Translations under genes and position numbers: made by a program
In this document: positions 42,234 through 53,870 of the stretch, one piece after another
Position numbering within the stretch: the first letter of the stretch is position 1
Layout: the number at the start of each line of letters is the position of its first letter
The notes under the pieces: generated by a model
Told to the model about the DNA's origin: nothing
Seen by the model: only the letters and a program-made list of their open reading frames with translations
Database searches by the model: none
Origin: Escherichia coli
GTDB taxonomy: Bacteria; Pseudomonadota; Gammaproteobacteria; Enterobacterales; Enterobacteriaceae
Strand: one strand, 5' to 3'
Length of the DNA stretch: 64,000 bases
Assembly: GCF_041886205.1 (NCBI RefSeq)
Contig: NZ_CP169029.1

Positions 42234-44225
42234 ATGTCCTCACGTAAAGAGCTTGCCAATGCTATTCGTGCGCTGAGCATGGACGCAGTACAGAAAGCCA
42301 AATCCGGTCACCCGGGTGCCCCTATGGGTATGGCTGACATTGCCGAAGTCCTGTGGCGTGATTTCCTGAAACACAACCCGCAGAATCCGTCCTGGGCTGA
42401 CCGTGACCGCTTCGTGCTGTCCAACGGCCACGGCTCCATGCTGATCTACAGCCTGCTGCACCTCACCGGTTATGATCTGCCGATGGAAGAACTGAAAAAC
42501 TTCCGTCAGCTGCACTCTAAAACTCCGGGCCACCCGGAAGTGGGTTACACCGCTGGTGTGGAAACCACCACCGGTCCGCTGGGTCAGGGTATTGCCAACG
42601 CAGTCGGTATGGCGATTGCAGAAAAAACGCTGGCGGCGCAGTTTAACCGTCCGGGCCACGACATTGTCGACCACTACACCTACGCCTTCATGGGCGACGG
42701 CTGCATGATGGAAGGCATCTCCCACGAAGTTTGCTCTCTGGCGGGTACGCTGAAGCTGGGTAAACTGATTGCATTCTACGATGACAACGGTATTTCTATC
42801 GATGGTCACGTTGAAGGCTGGTTCACCGACGACACCGCAATGCGTTTCGAAGCTTACGGCTGGCACGTTATTCGCGACATCGACGGTCATGACGCGGCAT
42901 CCATCAAACGCGCAGTTGAAGAAGCGCGCGCAGTGACTGACAAACCGTCCCTGCTGATGTGCAAAACCATCATCGGTTTCGGTTCCCCGAACAAAGCCGG
43001 TACCCACGACTCCCACGGTGCGCCGCTGGGCGACGCTGAAATTGCCCTGACCCGCGAACAGCTGGGCTGGAAATACGCGCCGTTCGAAATCCCGTCTGAA
43101 ATCTATGCTCAGTGGGATGCGAAAGAAGTAGGCCAGGCGAAAGAATCTGCATGGAATGAGAAGTTTGCGGCTTACGCGAAAGCTTATCCGCAGGAAGCGG
43201 CTGAATTTACCCGCCGTATGAAAGGCGAAATGCCGTCTGACTTCGACGCCAAAGCGAAAGAGTTTATCGCTAAACTGCAGGCTAATCCGGCGAAAATCGC
43301 CAGCCGTAAAGCGTCTCAGAATGCTATCGAAGCTTTCGGTCCGCTGTTGCCGGAATTCCTCGGCGGTTCTGCTGACCTGGCACCATCTAACCTGACCCTG
43401 TGGTCTGGTTCTAAAGCAATCAACGAAGATGCTGCGGGTAACTACATCCACTACGGTGTTCGCGAGTTCGGTATGACCGCGATTGCTAACGGTATCTCCC
43501 TGCACGGTGGTTTCCTGCCGTACACCTCCACCTTCCTGATGTTCGTGGAATACGCACGTAACGCCGTACGTATGGCTGCGCTGATGAAACAGCGTCAGGT
43601 GATGGTTTACACCCACGACTCCATCGGTCTGGGCGAAGATGGCCCGACTCACCAGCCGGTAGAGCAGGTCGCTTCTCTGCGCGTAACCCCGAACATGTCT
43701 ACATGGCGTCCGTGTGACCAGGTTGAATCCGCGGTCGCGTGGAAATACGGTGTTGAGCGTCAGGACGGCCCGACTGCGCTGATCCTCTCCCGTCAGAACC
43801 TGGCGCAGCAGGAACGAACTGAAGAGCAACTGGCAAACATCGCGCGCGGTGGTTATGTGCTGAAAGACTGCGCCGGTCAGCCGGAACTGATTTTCATCGC
43901 TACCGGTTCAGAAGTTGAATTGGCGGTTGCTGCCTACGAAAAACTGACTGCTGAAGGCGTGAAAGCGCGCGTGGTGTCCATGCCGTCTACCGACGCATTT
44001 GACAAGCAGGATGCTGCTTACCGTGAATCCGTACTGCCGAAAGCGGTTACTGCACGCGTTGCTGTAGAAGCGGGTATTGCTGACTACTGGTACAAGTATG
44101 TTGGCCTGAACGGTGCTATCGTCGGTATGACCACCTTCGGTGAATCTGCTCCGGCAGAGCTGCTGTTTGAAGAGTTCGGCTTCACTGTTGATAACGTTGT
44201 TGCGAAAGCAAAAGCGCTGCTGTAA
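42234..44225 (+). CDS. tktA: Transketolase 1
   Basis: [41 protein letters not shown]..., 663 aa. Confidence 0.96.
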   Translation: MSSRKELANAIRALSMDAVQKAKSGHPGAPMGMADIAEVLWRDFLKHNPQNPSWADRDRFVLSNGHGSMLIYSLLHLTGYDLPMEELKNFRQLHSKTPGHPEVGYTAGVETTTGPLGQGIANAVGMAIAEKTLAAQFNRPGHDIVDHYTYAFMGDGCMMEGISHEVCSLAGTLKLGKLIAFYDDNGISIDGHVEGWFTDDTAMRFEAYGWHVIRDIDGHDAASIKRAVEEARAVTDKPSLLMCKTIIGFGSPNKAGTHDSHGAPLGDAEIALTREQLGWKYAPFEIPSEIYAQWDAKEVGQAKESAWNEKFAAYAKAYPQEAAEFTRRMKGEMPSDFDAKAKEFIAKLQANPAKIASRKASQNAIEAFGPLLPEFLGGSADLAPSNLTLWSGSKAINEDAAGNYIHYGVREFGMTAIANGISLHGGFLPYTSTFLMFVEYARNAVRMAALMKQRQVMVYTHDSIGLGEDGPTHQPVEQVASLRVTPNMSTWRPCDQVESAVAWKYGVERQDGPTALILSRQNLAQQERTEEQLANIARGGYVLKDCAGQPELIFIATGSEVELAVAAYEKLTAEGVKARVVSMPSTDAFDKQDAAYRESVLPKAVTARVAVEAGIADYWYKYVGLNGAIVGMTTFGESAPAELLFEEFGFTVDNVVAKAKALL

Positions 44226-44235
44226 TTAGCATTTC

Positions 44236-44266
44236 GGGTAAAAAGGTCGCTTCGGCGACCTTTTTT
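44236..44266 (+). terminator. Rho-independent terminator of tktA
   Basis: Hairpin aaaggtcgc/gcgaccttt followed by TTTTTT. Confidence 0.65.
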
Positions 44267-44533
44267 ATTGCCTTGATATGTCCGTTTGCGGACAGGCAAT
44301 AGGTAAATAGTGATGTGTATCGCAAATATTTATATGAAATAAATATTAACTATGTAATGCGTATCACAATATGCATATTGACATTTATTTTTATATCCAT
44401 AAATAACTGTTATTTATGGAATTAATAATTCATTGTTTTTAAAGCATCGATTTCCTCGCTGGATTGCTTTCATTAAACCGCACGAGTATTTTATTTTTAC
44501 CGCCGGACAGTACCCTAAAAATAAGGATAATTT

Positions 44534-44977
44534 ATGCGGCTTAGTGATTATTTTCCAGAATCATCAATCTCAGTTATATATTCAGCAAAAGATTGGCAGG
44601 AAGCTATCGATTTCTCGATGGTATCATTGCTGGATAAAAACTATATCAGCGAGAATTACATTCAGGCAATTAAAGATTCCACCATTAACAATGGCCCTTA
44701 TTATATTCTCGCACCAGGCGTGGCAATGCCTCATGCGCGACCGGAATGTGGGGCGCTTAAAACCGGGATGTCTTTGACATTACTTGAACAAGGTGTTTAT
44801 TTTCCGGGGAATGACGAACCAATTAAATTACTCATCGGACTCTCTGCTGCCGATGCCGATTCGCACATTGGCGCTATTCAGGCGTTAAGTGAATTACTGT
44901 GCGAAGAAGAAATACTCGAACAACTCTTAACAGCATCATCAGAAAAACAATTAGCGGACATTATCAGCCGCGGATAA
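44534..44977 (+). CDS. cmtB: Cryptic mannitol-type PTS enzyme IIA
   Basis: MRLSDYFPESSISVIYSAKDWQEAIDFSMVSLLDKNYISENY..., 147 aa. Confidence 0.92.
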   Translation: MRLSDYFPESSISVIYSAKDWQEAIDFSMVSLLDKNYISENYIQAIKDSTINNGPYYILAPGVAMPHARPECGALKTGMSLTLLEQGVYFPGNDEPIKLLIGLSAADADSHIGAIQALSELLCEEEILEQLLTASSEKQLADIISRG

Positions 44978-45004
44978 TTACTCTCTCCTCTACAGGATAA
45001 TATT

Positions 45005-46393
45005 ATGGAAAACAAGTCTGCTCGTGCAAAGGTCCAGGCTTTTGGGGGCTTTTTGACTGCAATGGTCATCCCCAATATTGGTGCTTTTATTGCCTGGGGT
45101 TTTATTACTGCGTTATTTATTCCCACCGGTTGGCTGCCTAACGAACATTTCGCCAAAATTGTCGGCCCGATGATTACCTATTTATTGCCCGTGATGATTG
45201 GTTCTACCGGTGGTCATCTGGTCGGCGGTAAACGCGGCGCGGTCATGGGCGGAATAGGTACTATTGGTGTGATCGTCGGCGCAGAGATCCCGATGTTCCT
45301 TGGCTCAATGATTATGGGGCCGCTCGGTGGGCTGGTCATAAAATATGTTGATAAGGCACTGGAAAAACGCATACCTGCCGGTTTTGAGATGGTTATCAAT
45401 AACTTCTCATTAGGTATCGCGGGGATGCTCCTTTGTCTGCTGGGTTTTGAAGTGATCGGCCCGGCGGTGTTAATTGCCAATACTTTCGTCAAAGAGTGTA
45501 TTGAGGCGCTGGTACATGCGGGTTATCTGCCTCTGCTGTCAGTCATCAATGAACCGGCGAAAGTGCTTTTCCTTAATAATGCGATCGATCAGGGCGTCTA
45601 TTATCCGCTGGGAATGCAACAGGCTTCGGTTAACGGCAAATCCATCTTCTTTATGGTGGCCTCTAACCCAGGTCCGGGCCTGGGGCTGCTGCTGGCGTTT
45701 ACCTTGTTTGGTAAAGGGATGAGTAAACGTTCTGCGCCAGGGGCGATGATTATTCACTTCCTCGGTAGGATCCACGAACTGTATTTCCCGTATGTGCTGA
45801 TGAAGCCGCTGACCATTATTGCCATGATTGCGGGCGGTATGTCTGGCACCTGGATGTTTAACTTACTGGACGGTGGTCTGGTGGCTGGCCCAAGTCCGGG
45901 GTCTATCTTTGCTTACCTGGCACTGACGCCGAAAGGTTCGTTCCTGGCGACAATTGCCGGTGTTACGGTAGGTACCCTGGTGTCCTTTGCTATCACTTCG
46001 CTGATACTGAAGATGGAAAAAACGGTGGAAACGGAGAGCGAAGATGAGTTTGCTCAGTCAGCCAATGCGGTTAAGGCGATGAAACAAGAGGGTGCATTCT
46101 CGTTAAGTCGGGTTAAGCGTATCGCCTTTGTTTGCGATGCGGGGATGGGCTCCAGTGCGATGGGCGCGACCACCTTCCGTAAACGCCTGGAAAAAGCGGG
46201 GCTGGCAATTGAAGTAAAACATTACGCCATAGAAAACGTGCCTGCGGATGCGGATATCGTCGTTACTCATGCCAGTCTGGAAGGGCGCGTGAAACGTGTG
46301 ACGGATAAACCACTGATATTGATTAGTAACTATATTGGCGATCCAAAACTCGACACTTTATTTAATCAATTAACCGCCGAACATAAACACTGA
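45005..46393 (+). CDS. cmtA: Cryptic mannitol-type PTS enzyme IICB
   Basis: MENKSARAKVQAFGGFLTAMVIPNIGAFIAWGFITALFIPTGW..., 462 aa, EIIC membrane domain plus C-terminal EIIB. Confidence 0.92.
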   Translation: MENKSARAKVQAFGGFLTAMVIPNIGAFIAWGFITALFIPTGWLPNEHFAKIVGPMITYLLPVMIGSTGGHLVGGKRGAVMGGIGTIGVIVGAEIPMFLGSMIMGPLGGLVIKYVDKALEKRIPAGFEMVINNFSLGIAGMLLCLLGFEVIGPAVLIANTFVKECIEALVHAGYLPLLSVINEPAKVLFLNNAIDQGVYYPLGMQQASVNGKSIFFMVASNPGPGLGLLLAFTLFGKGMSKRSAPGAMIIHFLGRIHELYFPYVLMKPLTIIAMIAGGMSGTWMFNLLDGGLVAGPSPGSIFAYLALTPKGSFLATIAGVTVGTLVSFAITSLILKMEKTVETESEDEFAQSANAVKAMKQEGAFSLSRVKRIAFVCDAGMGSSAMGATTFRKRLEKAGLAIEVKHYAIENVPADADIVVTHASLEGRVKRVTDKPLILISNYIGDPKLDTLFNQLTAEHKH

Positions 46394-46407
46394 TTACAGA
46401 GGTAAAA

Positions 46408-47685
46408 ATGAAAACCAAAGTTGCTGCTATTTATGGCAAGCGGGATGTCCGTCTGCGCGAATTTGAACTGCCAGAAATTACCGATAATGAACTTTTGGTG
46501 AGTGTAATTTCTGACAGTGTCTGTTTATCCACCTGGAAAGCGGCGTTACTCGGTAGTGAACATAAACGCGTACCCGACGATTTAGAAAATCATCCGGTCA
46601 TTACCGGGCATGAATGTGCCGGGGTTATTGTCGAAGTGGGTAAAAATCTCACTGGCAAATATAAAAAAGGCCAGCGTTTTGTATTGCAACCGGCGATGGG
46701 GTTACCAAGCGGATATTCAGCGGGCTACAGCTACGAATATTTTGGCGGTAACGCCACCTATATGATTATTCCCGAGATCGCCATTAATTTGGGCTGCGTA
46801 TTACCGTATCACGGCTCTTATTTTGCTGCGGCGTCGCTGGCAGAGCCTATGTGCTGCATTATTGGCGCTTATCATGCCAATTATCACACCACGCAATATG
46901 TTTATGAGCATCACATGGGCGTCAAACCTGGCGGCAATATTGCACTGCTGGCGTGTGCAGGTCCGATGGGCATTGGCGCTATCGATTACGCCATTAACGG
47001 CGGCATACAACCGTCGCGGGTGGTGGTGGTCGATATCGACGACAAACGTCTGGCGCAGGTACAGAAGCTGCTGCCGGTGGAACTGGCGGCCAGTAAAGGC
47101 ATTGAGCTGGTGTATGTGAATACCAAAGGGATGAGTGATCCTGTCCAGATGCTGCGGGCGCTGACAGGAGATGCCGGGTTCGATGACATTTTTGTTTATG
47201 CGGCGGTGCCTGCTGTCGTTGAGATGGCTGATGAATTACTGGCGGAAGATGGCTGTCTGAACTTCTTTGCCGGGCCGACGGATAAAAACTTCAAAGTGCC
47301 GTTTAATTTCTACAACGTCCATTACAACAGCACGCACGTAGTCGGTACATCCGGCGGTTCAACGGACGACATGAAAGAGGCGATTGCCCTTAGCGCCACA
47401 GGACAGTTACAGCCGTCGTTTATGGTGACCCATATTGGTGGCCTGGATGCGGTGCCAGAAACCGTGCTCAATCTGCCGGATATCCCTGGCGGTAAAAAAC
47501 TCATTTATAACGGCGTGACCATGCCGCTCACTGCCATTGCCGATTTTGCCGAAAAAGGCAAAACCGATCCGCTGTTTAAAGAGCTGGCGCGGCTGGTTGA
47601 GGAAACGCACGGCATCTGGAATGAACAGGCCGAGAAATATCTGCTGGCACAATTTGGCGTTGATATTGGGGAGGCCGCGCAATGA
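46408..47685 (+). CDS. yggP: Zinc-type alcohol dehydrogenase-like protein YggP
   Basis: MKTKVAAIYGKRDVRLREFELPEITDNELLV..., 425 aa. Confidence 0.88.
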   Translation: MKTKVAAIYGKRDVRLREFELPEITDNELLVSVISDSVCLSTWKAALLGSEHKRVPDDLENHPVITGHECAGVIVEVGKNLTGKYKKGQRFVLQPAMGLPSGYSAGYSYEYFGGNATYMIIPEIAINLGCVLPYHGSYFAAASLAEPMCCIIGAYHANYHTTQYVYEHHMGVKPGGNIALLACAGPMGIGAIDYAINGGIQPSRVVVVDIDDKRLAQVQKLLPVELAASKGIELVYVNTKGMSDPVQMLRALTGDAGFDDIFVYAAVPAVVEMADELLAEDGCLNFFAGPTDKNFKVPFNFYNVHYNSTHVVGTSGGSTDDMKEAIALSATGQLQPSFMVTHIGGLDAVPETVLNLPDIPGGKKLIYNGVTMPLTAIADFAEKGKTDPLFKELARLVEETHGIWNEQAEKYLLAQFGVDIGEAAQ

Positions 47686-48647
47686 TGTCCCTGGCGTGGC
47701 CATTATTTCGCGTTACGGAACAGGCAGCGTTGGCTGCCTGGCCGCAAACCGGATGTGGCGACAAAAATAAAATTGATGGCCTGGCGGTCACCGCGATGCG
47801 ACAGGCATTAAACGACGTCGCTTTTCGTGGACGAGTGGTTATCGGCGAAGGAGAAATTGACCATGCGCCGATGCTGTGGATTGGCGAAGAGGTGGGCAAA
47901 GGCGATGGGCCAGAAGTCGATATCGCGGTTGACCCGATTGAAGGCACGCGGATGGTAGCGATGGGGCAGAGCAATGCGCTGGCGGTCATGGCTTTCGCCC
48001 CTCGAGATAGCCTGTTACATGCGCCCGATATGTATATGAAAAAGCTGGTTGTTAATCGACTGGCGGCGGGCGCGATTGATCTGTCTTTGCCTCTGGCGGA
48101 CAACTTGCGCAACGTGGCGCGGGCGTTAGGCAAACCGCTGGACAAGCTGCGCATGGTTACGCTGGATAAACCGCGCCTGAGTGCCGCGATTGAAGAAGCA
48201 ACACAGCTGGGCGTGAAGGTTTTCGCTCTGCCGGATGGCGATGTCGCCGCCAGCGTGCTGACCTGCTGGCAGGATAATCCTTACGATGTGATGTACACCA
48301 TCGGCGGTGCGCCAGAAGGCGTGATTTCTGCCTGTGCCGTTAAAGCATTAGGCGGGGATATGCAGGCCGAGCTGATTGACTTTTGCCAGGCTAAAGGGGA
48401 TTACACGGAAAATCGGCAGATTGCAGAGCAGGAGCGCAAGCGTTGCAAGGCAATGGGCGTTGACGTTAACCGTGTGTACTCGCTCGATGAACTGGTGAGG
48501 GGGAACGATATCCTCTTTAGCGCTACGGGCGTGACGGGCGGTGAGCTGGTGAACGGTATCCAACAGACGGCGAATGGGGTGCGGACGCAGACATTACTGA
48601 TCGGCGGCGCGGACCAAACGTGTAATATAATAGACTCCCTGCATTGA
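47682..48647 (+). CDS. yggF: Fructose-1,6-bisphosphatase class II (GlpX-like) YggF
   Basis: MMSLAWPLFRVTEQAALAAWPQTGCGDKNKIDGLAVTAMRQALN..., 321 aa; 4-nt overlap with yggP. Confidence 0.9.
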   Translation: MMSLAWPLFRVTEQAALAAWPQTGCGDKNKIDGLAVTAMRQALNDVAFRGRVVIGEGEIDHAPMLWIGEEVGKGDGPEVDIAVDPIEGTRMVAMGQSNALAVMAFAPRDSLLHAPDMYMKKLVVNRLAAGAIDLSLPLADNLRNVARALGKPLDKLRMVTLDKPRLSAAIEEATQLGVKVFALPDGDVAASVLTCWQDNPYDVMYTIGGAPEGVISACAVKALGGDMQAELIDFCQAKGDYTENRQIAEQERKRCKAMGVDVNRVYSLDELVRGNDILFSATGVTGGELVNGIQQTANGVRTQTLLIGGADQTCNIIDSLH

Positions 48648-48668
48648 TGGTGATCTATCGGAAGACCA

Positions 48669-49178
48669 ATGGCGACGCTGACAGAAGATGATGTGCTTGA
48701 GCAACTGGATGCACAGGACAATTTATTTTCATTTATGAAAACTGCGCATTCTATTTTGCTCCAGGGGATACGCCAGTTTCTGCCGTCGCTGTTTGTCGAT
48801 AACGATGAAGAGATCGTCGAATATGCAGTGAAGCCGTTACTCGCCCAAAGCGGCCCGCTTGACGATATTGATGTTGCACTGCGTTTGATTTATGCGCTGG
48901 GGAAAATGGATAAATGGCTGTACGCCGATATCACGCATTTTTCCCAGTTCTGGCATTACCTGAACGAACAGGATGAAGCGCCCGGATTTGCCGATGACAT
49001 GACCTGGGATTTTATCAGCAACGTCAATAGCATAACCTGCAATGCGACGCTCTATGACGCGTTGAAAGCGATGAAATTCGCCGATTTCGCCGTCTGGTCA
49101 GAGGCGCGTTTTAGCGGGATGGTCAAAACGGCGCTGACGCTGGCAGTAACGACCACCTTAAAGGAATTAACGCCGTGA
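48669..49178 (+). CDS. yggD: MtlR-like protein YggD (reported as fumarase E)
   Basis: MATLTEDDVLEQLDAQDNLFSFMKTAHSILLQGIRQ..., 169 aa. Confidence 0.85.
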   Translation: MATLTEDDVLEQLDAQDNLFSFMKTAHSILLQGIRQFLPSLFVDNDEEIVEYAVKPLLAQSGPLDDIDVALRLIYALGKMDKWLYADITHFSQFWHYLNEQDEAPGFADDMTWDFISNVNSITCNATLYDALKAMKFADFAVWSEARFSGMVKTALTLAVTTTLKELTP

Positions 49179-49888
49179 AAATTGAATTAACGGTGAATGG
49201 GCTGAAGATACAGGCACAGTACCAGAACGAAGAGATAGAAAATGTACATAAACCGTTGCTGCGCATGTTGGCGGCCTTACAGACGGTAAATCCGCAGCGG
49301 CGTACGGTGGTTTTTCTTTGCGCTCCGCCGGGGACGGGTAAATCAACCCTAACCACCTTCTGGGAATATCTCGCGCAACAAGACCCGGAGCTGCCCGCTA
49401 TACAGACGCTGCCGATGGATGGTTTTCACCATTACAATAGCTGGCTGGATGCGCATCAATTGCGCCCCTTCAAAGGCGCTCCAGAGACATTTGACGTTGC
49501 GAAACTGGCGGAAAATCTGCGCCAGGTCGTGGAAGGGGATTGTACGTGGCCGCAGTACGATCGACAAAAGCATGATCCTGTTGAAGATGCGTTGCACGTT
49601 ACCGCACCACTCGTCATCGTCGAAGGAAACTGGCTATTACTGGATGATGAAAAGTGGCAGGAGTTGGCATCTTTCTGCGATTTTTCTATTTTTATTCATG
49701 CACCTGCTCAAATTCTGCGGGAGCGCTTGATTAGTCGTAAAATTGCGGGAGGATTATCGCGGCAAGCAGCCGAAGCATTTTATGCCCGAACCGATGGCCC
49801 CAATGTCGAGCGTGTGCTGATGAATAGCCGTCAGGCCAATCTGATAGTAGAGATGACTGAAGAAGGCCGGTATCACTTCACAAGCTGA
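49175..49888 (+). CDS. yggC: P-loop nucleoside kinase-like protein YggC
   Basis: Walker A CAPPGTGKST; 237 aa; 4-nt overlap with yggD. Confidence 0.88.
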   Translation: MKIELTVNGLKIQAQYQNEEIENVHKPLLRMLAALQTVNPQRRTVVFLCAPPGTGKSTLTTFWEYLAQQDPELPAIQTLPMDGFHHYNSWLDAHQLRPFKGAPETFDVAKLAENLRQVVEGDCTWPQYDRQKHDPVEDALHVTAPLVIVEGNWLLLDDEKWQELASFCDFSIFIHAPAQILRERLISRKIAGGLSRQAAEAFYARTDGPNVERVLMNSRQANLIVEMTEEGRYHFTS

Positions 49889-50172
49889 CAATTTATTCCA
49901 GTTATTGCAGGGTTATTATTACGCCAGCCTGGAATAAAGCTTCCCACAAAAGGGGATAAAAGTGTGATGTGAGTCAGATAAATGTCTTCTTCGGCTGGAC
50001 AAACATTCCTTTTATTCCACGTTTCGCTTATCCTAGCTGAAGCGTTTCAGTCGATTAAATGTTCGACAATTAACCAATCAGTCGCAGTTTGCGACAGGTA
50101 AGGTTTCCCCGGACGATTTGCTGGATTACTCTGTCTGGCAAATTTGCTCAGGGAAAACCTTGCAGGAGATCT

Positions 50173-51192
50173 ATGACCGTACGCGTAGCGATAAATGGCT
50201 TCGGTCGCATCGGGCGTAATGTGGTTCGTGCTTTGTATGAATCCGGACGCCGGGCGGAAATTACCGTGGTGGCAATCAACGAACTGGCGGATGCTGCGGG
50301 CATGGCGCATTTGTTGAAATATGACACCAGCCATGGCCGTTTTGCATGGGAAGTACGACAGGAACGCGATCAACTTTTTGTTGGTGATGACGCCATCCGC
50401 GTATTGCATGAACGTTCACTGCAATCGCTCCCCTGGCGTGAACTTGGCGTTGATGTAGTCCTCGACTGCACCGGCGTATATGGCTCCCGCGAGCATGGCG
50501 AAGCGCATATTGCCGCCGGGGCCAAAAAAGTGCTCTTTTCACATCCTGGCAGTAACGATCTCGACGCGACCGTTGTTTACGGCGTCAATCAGGATCAACT
50601 TCGTGCGGAACACCGCATCGTTTCTAACGCTTCCTGTACCACGAATTGCATAATTCCCGTCATCAAATTGTTAGATGATGCGTACGGTATTGAGTCCGGC
50701 ACTGTGACCACAATTCACTCCGCCATGCACGATCAACAGGTTATTGATGCATACCATCCTGACCTGCGTCGCACCCGGGCAGCCAGCCAGTCGATCATTC
50801 CGGTCGATACTAAACTGGCCGCCGGTATCACACGATTTTTTCCGCAATTTAACGATCGCTTTGAAGCGATTGCGGTACGTGTGCCAACCATAAATGTGAC
50901 GGCAATCGATTTAAGCGTGACGGTGAAGAAACCTGTAAAAGCCAATGAAGTCAACCTGTTGCTGCAAAAAGCAGCACAAGGTGCATTTCATGGTATAGTT
51001 GACTATACGGAATTGCCGTTGGTCTCTGTAGATTTTAACCACGATCCGCACAGTGCCATTGTCGATGGCACCCAAACCCGGGTCAGTGGCGCACACCTGA
51101 TCAAAACGTTGGTCTGGTGCGATAACGAATGGGGCTTTGCTAACCGAATGCTCGACACGACGTTAGCTATGGCTACTGTTGCTTTCAGGTAA
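50173..51192 (+). CDS. epd: D-erythrose-4-phosphate dehydrogenase
   Basis: [37 protein letters not shown]..., 339 aa. Confidence 0.95.
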
Positions 51193-51241
51193 GACGCAAG
51201 CAGCGTCTGCAAAACTTTTAGAATCAACGAGAGGATTCACC

Positions 51242-52405
51242 ATGTCTGTAATTAAGATGACCGATCTGGATCTTGCTGGGAAACGTGTATTTATCCGTGC
51301 GGATCTGAACGTACCAGTAAAAGACGGGAAAGTAACCAGCGACGCGCGTATCCGTGCTTCTCTGCCGACCATCGAACTGGCCCTGAAACAAGGCGCAAAA
51401 GTGATGGTAACTTCCCACCTGGGTCGTCCTACCGAAGGCGAGTACAACGAAGAATTCTCTCTGCTGCCGGTTGTTAACTACCTGAAAGACAAACTGTCTA
51501 ACCCGGTTCGTCTGGTTAAAGATTACCTCGACGGCGTTGACGTTGCTGAAGGTGAACTGGTTGTTCTGGAAAACGTTCGCTTCAACAAAGGCGAGAAGAA
51601 AGACGACGAAACCCTGTCCAAAAAATACGCTGCACTGTGTGACGTGTTCGTAATGGACGCATTCGGTACTGCTCACCGCGCGCAGGCTTCTACTCACGGT
51701 ATCGGTAAATTCGCTGACGTTGCGTGCGCAGGCCCGCTGCTGGCAGCTGAACTGGACGCGCTGGGTAAAGCACTGAAAGAACCTGCTCGCCCGATGGTGG
51801 CTATCGTTGGTGGTTCTAAAGTATCTACCAAACTGACCGTTCTGGACTCCCTGTCTAAAATCGCTGACCAGCTGATTGTTGGTGGTGGTATCGCTAACAC
51901 CTTTATCGCGGCACAAGGCCACGATGTGGGTAAATCCCTGTACGAAGCTGACCTGGTTGACGAAGCTAAACGTCTGCTGACCACCTGCAACATCCCGGTT
52001 CCGTCTGATGTTCGCGTAGCAACCGAGTTCTCTGAAACTGCACCGGCTACCCTGAAATCTGTTAACGATGTGAAAGCTGACGAGCAGATCCTGGATATCG
52101 GTGATGCTTCCGCTCAGGAACTGGCTGAAATCCTGAAGAATGCGAAAACCATTCTGTGGAACGGTCCGGTTGGCGTGTTCGAATTCCCGAACTTCCGCAA
52201 AGGTACTGAAATCGTGGCTAACGCTATCGCAGACAGCGAAGCGTTCTCCATCGCTGGCGGCGGCGACACTCTGGCAGCAATCGACCTGTTCGGCATTGCT
52301 GACAAAATCTCCTACATCTCCACTGGCGGCGGCGCATTCCTCGAATTCGTGGAAGGTAAAGTACTGCCTGCAGTAGCGATGCTCGAAGAGCGCGCTAAGA
52401 AGTAA
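51242..52405 (+). CDS. pgk: Phosphoglycerate kinase
   Basis: [43 protein letters not shown]..., 387 aa. Confidence 0.97.
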
Positions 52406-52619
52406 AAAATCACAGGGCAGGGAAACCTGCCCTTGTTTCAGCGCGCTTTTAGAGCACGCATTTTTTCATACTCTAAATAATTCGAGTTGCAGGAAGGCGA
52501 CAAGAGAGTGAATCCCCAGGAGCTTACATAAGTAAGTGACTGGGGTGAGCGAACGCAGACGCAGCACATGCAACTTGAAGTATGATGAGTATAAGGCCCG
52601 ACGATACAGGACAAGAGAC

Positions 52620-53699
52620 ATGTCTAAGATTTTTGATTTCGTAAAACCTGGCGTAATCACTGGTGATGACGTACAGAAAGTTTTCCAGGTAGCAAAAGAA
52701 AACAACTTCGCACTGCCAGCAGTAAACTGCGTCGGTACTGACTCCATCAACGCCGTACTGGAAACTGCTGCTAAAGTTAAAGCGCCGGTTATCGTTCAGT
52801 TCTCCAACGGTGGTGCTTCCTTTATCGCTGGTAAAGGCGTGAAATCTGACGTTCCGCAGGGTGCTGCTATCCTGGGCGCGATCTCTGGTGCGCATCACGT
52901 TCACCAGATGGCTGAACATTATGGTGTTCCGGTTATCCTGCACACTGACCACTGCGCGAAGAAACTGCTGCCGTGGATCGACGGTCTGTTGGACGCGGGT
53001 GAAAAACACTTCGCAGCTACCGGTAAGCCGCTGTTCTCTTCTCACATGATCGACCTGTCTGAAGAATCTCTGCAAGAGAACATCGAAATCTGCTCTAAAT
53101 ACCTGGAGCGTATGTCCAAAATCGGCATGACTCTGGAAATCGAACTGGGTTGCACCGGTGGTGAAGAAGACGGCGTGGACAACAGCCACATGGACGCTTC
53201 TGCACTGTACACCCAGCCGGAAGACGTTGATTACGCATACACCGAGCTGAGCAAAATCAGCCCGCGTTTCACCATCGCTGCGTCCTTCGGTAACGTACAC
53301 GGTGTTTACAAGCCGGGTAACGTGGTTCTGACTCCGACCATCCTGCGTGATTCTCAGGAATATGTTTCTAAGAAACACAACCTGCCGCACAACAGCCTGA
53401 ACTTCGTATTCCACGGTGGTTCCGGTTCTACTGCTCAGGAAATCAAAGACTCCGTAAGCTACGGCGTAGTAAAAATGAACATCGATACCGATACCCAATG
53501 GGCAACCTGGGAAGGCGTTCTGAACTACTACAAAGCGAACGAAGCTTATCTGCAGGGGCAGTTGGGTAACCCGAAAGGCGAAGATCAGCCGAACAAGAAA
53601 TACTACGATCCGCGCGTATGGCTGCGTGCCGGTCAGACTTCGATGATCGCTCGTCTGGAAAAAGCATTCCAGGAACTGAACGCGATCGACGTTCTGTAA
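52620..53699 (+). CDS. fbaA: Fructose-bisphosphate aldolase class II
   Basis: MSKIFDFVKPGVITGDDVQKVFQVAKENNFALPAVNCVG..., 359 aa. Confidence 0.97.
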   Translation: MSKIFDFVKPGVITGDDVQKVFQVAKENNFALPAVNCVGTDSINAVLETAAKVKAPVIVQFSNGGASFIAGKGVKSDVPQGAAILGAISGAHHVHQMAEHYGVPVILHTDHCAKKLLPWIDGLLDAGEKHFAATGKPLFSSHMIDLSEESLQENIEICSKYLERMSKIGMTLEIELGCTGGEEDGVDNSHMDASALYTQPEDVDYAYTELSKISPRFTIAASFGNVHGVYKPGNVVLTPTILRDSQEYVSKKHNLPHNSLNFVFHGGSGSTAQEIKDSVSYGVVKMNIDTDTQWATWEGVLNYYKANEAYLQGQLGNPKGEDQPNKKYYDPRVWLRAGQTSMIARLEKAFQELNAIDVL

Positions 53700-53723
53700 G
53701 ATATTCCTTTCTGCTTATCTCAA

Positions 53724-53748
53724 GGCCCGCTCTGCGGGTCTTTTTTTC
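53724..53748 (+). terminator. Rho-independent terminator of fbaA
   Basis: Hairpin cccgc-tct-gcggg followed by TTTTTTT. Confidence 0.65.
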
Positions 53749-53756
53749 GCCAAAAG

Positions 53757-53870
53757 CAAAATTGCCTGATGCGCTACGCTTATCAGGCCTACACGTATCC
53801 TGCAATATATTGAATTTGCAGGTTTTTGTAGGCCGGATAAGGCGTTCACGCCGCATCCGGCATGACAAAG
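53757..53870. repeat. REP elements
   Basis: gcctgatgcgctacgcttatcaggcctac and ggccggataaggcgttcacgccgcatccggca palindromic units. Confidence 0.7.

Noticed and set aside
42240-43829. 529-aa minus-strand ORF inside tktA, and similar long antisense ORFs inside ansB (22322..23239), speB (40192..41115), pgk (51224..51922), fbaA (52524..53498) and the mltC region (17283..17837)
   Set aside because: They lie entirely within well-recognised conserved genes on the opposite strand, have low-complexity Arg/Gly/Val-rich compositions typical of antisense frames in GC-rich coding sequence, and lack start context.
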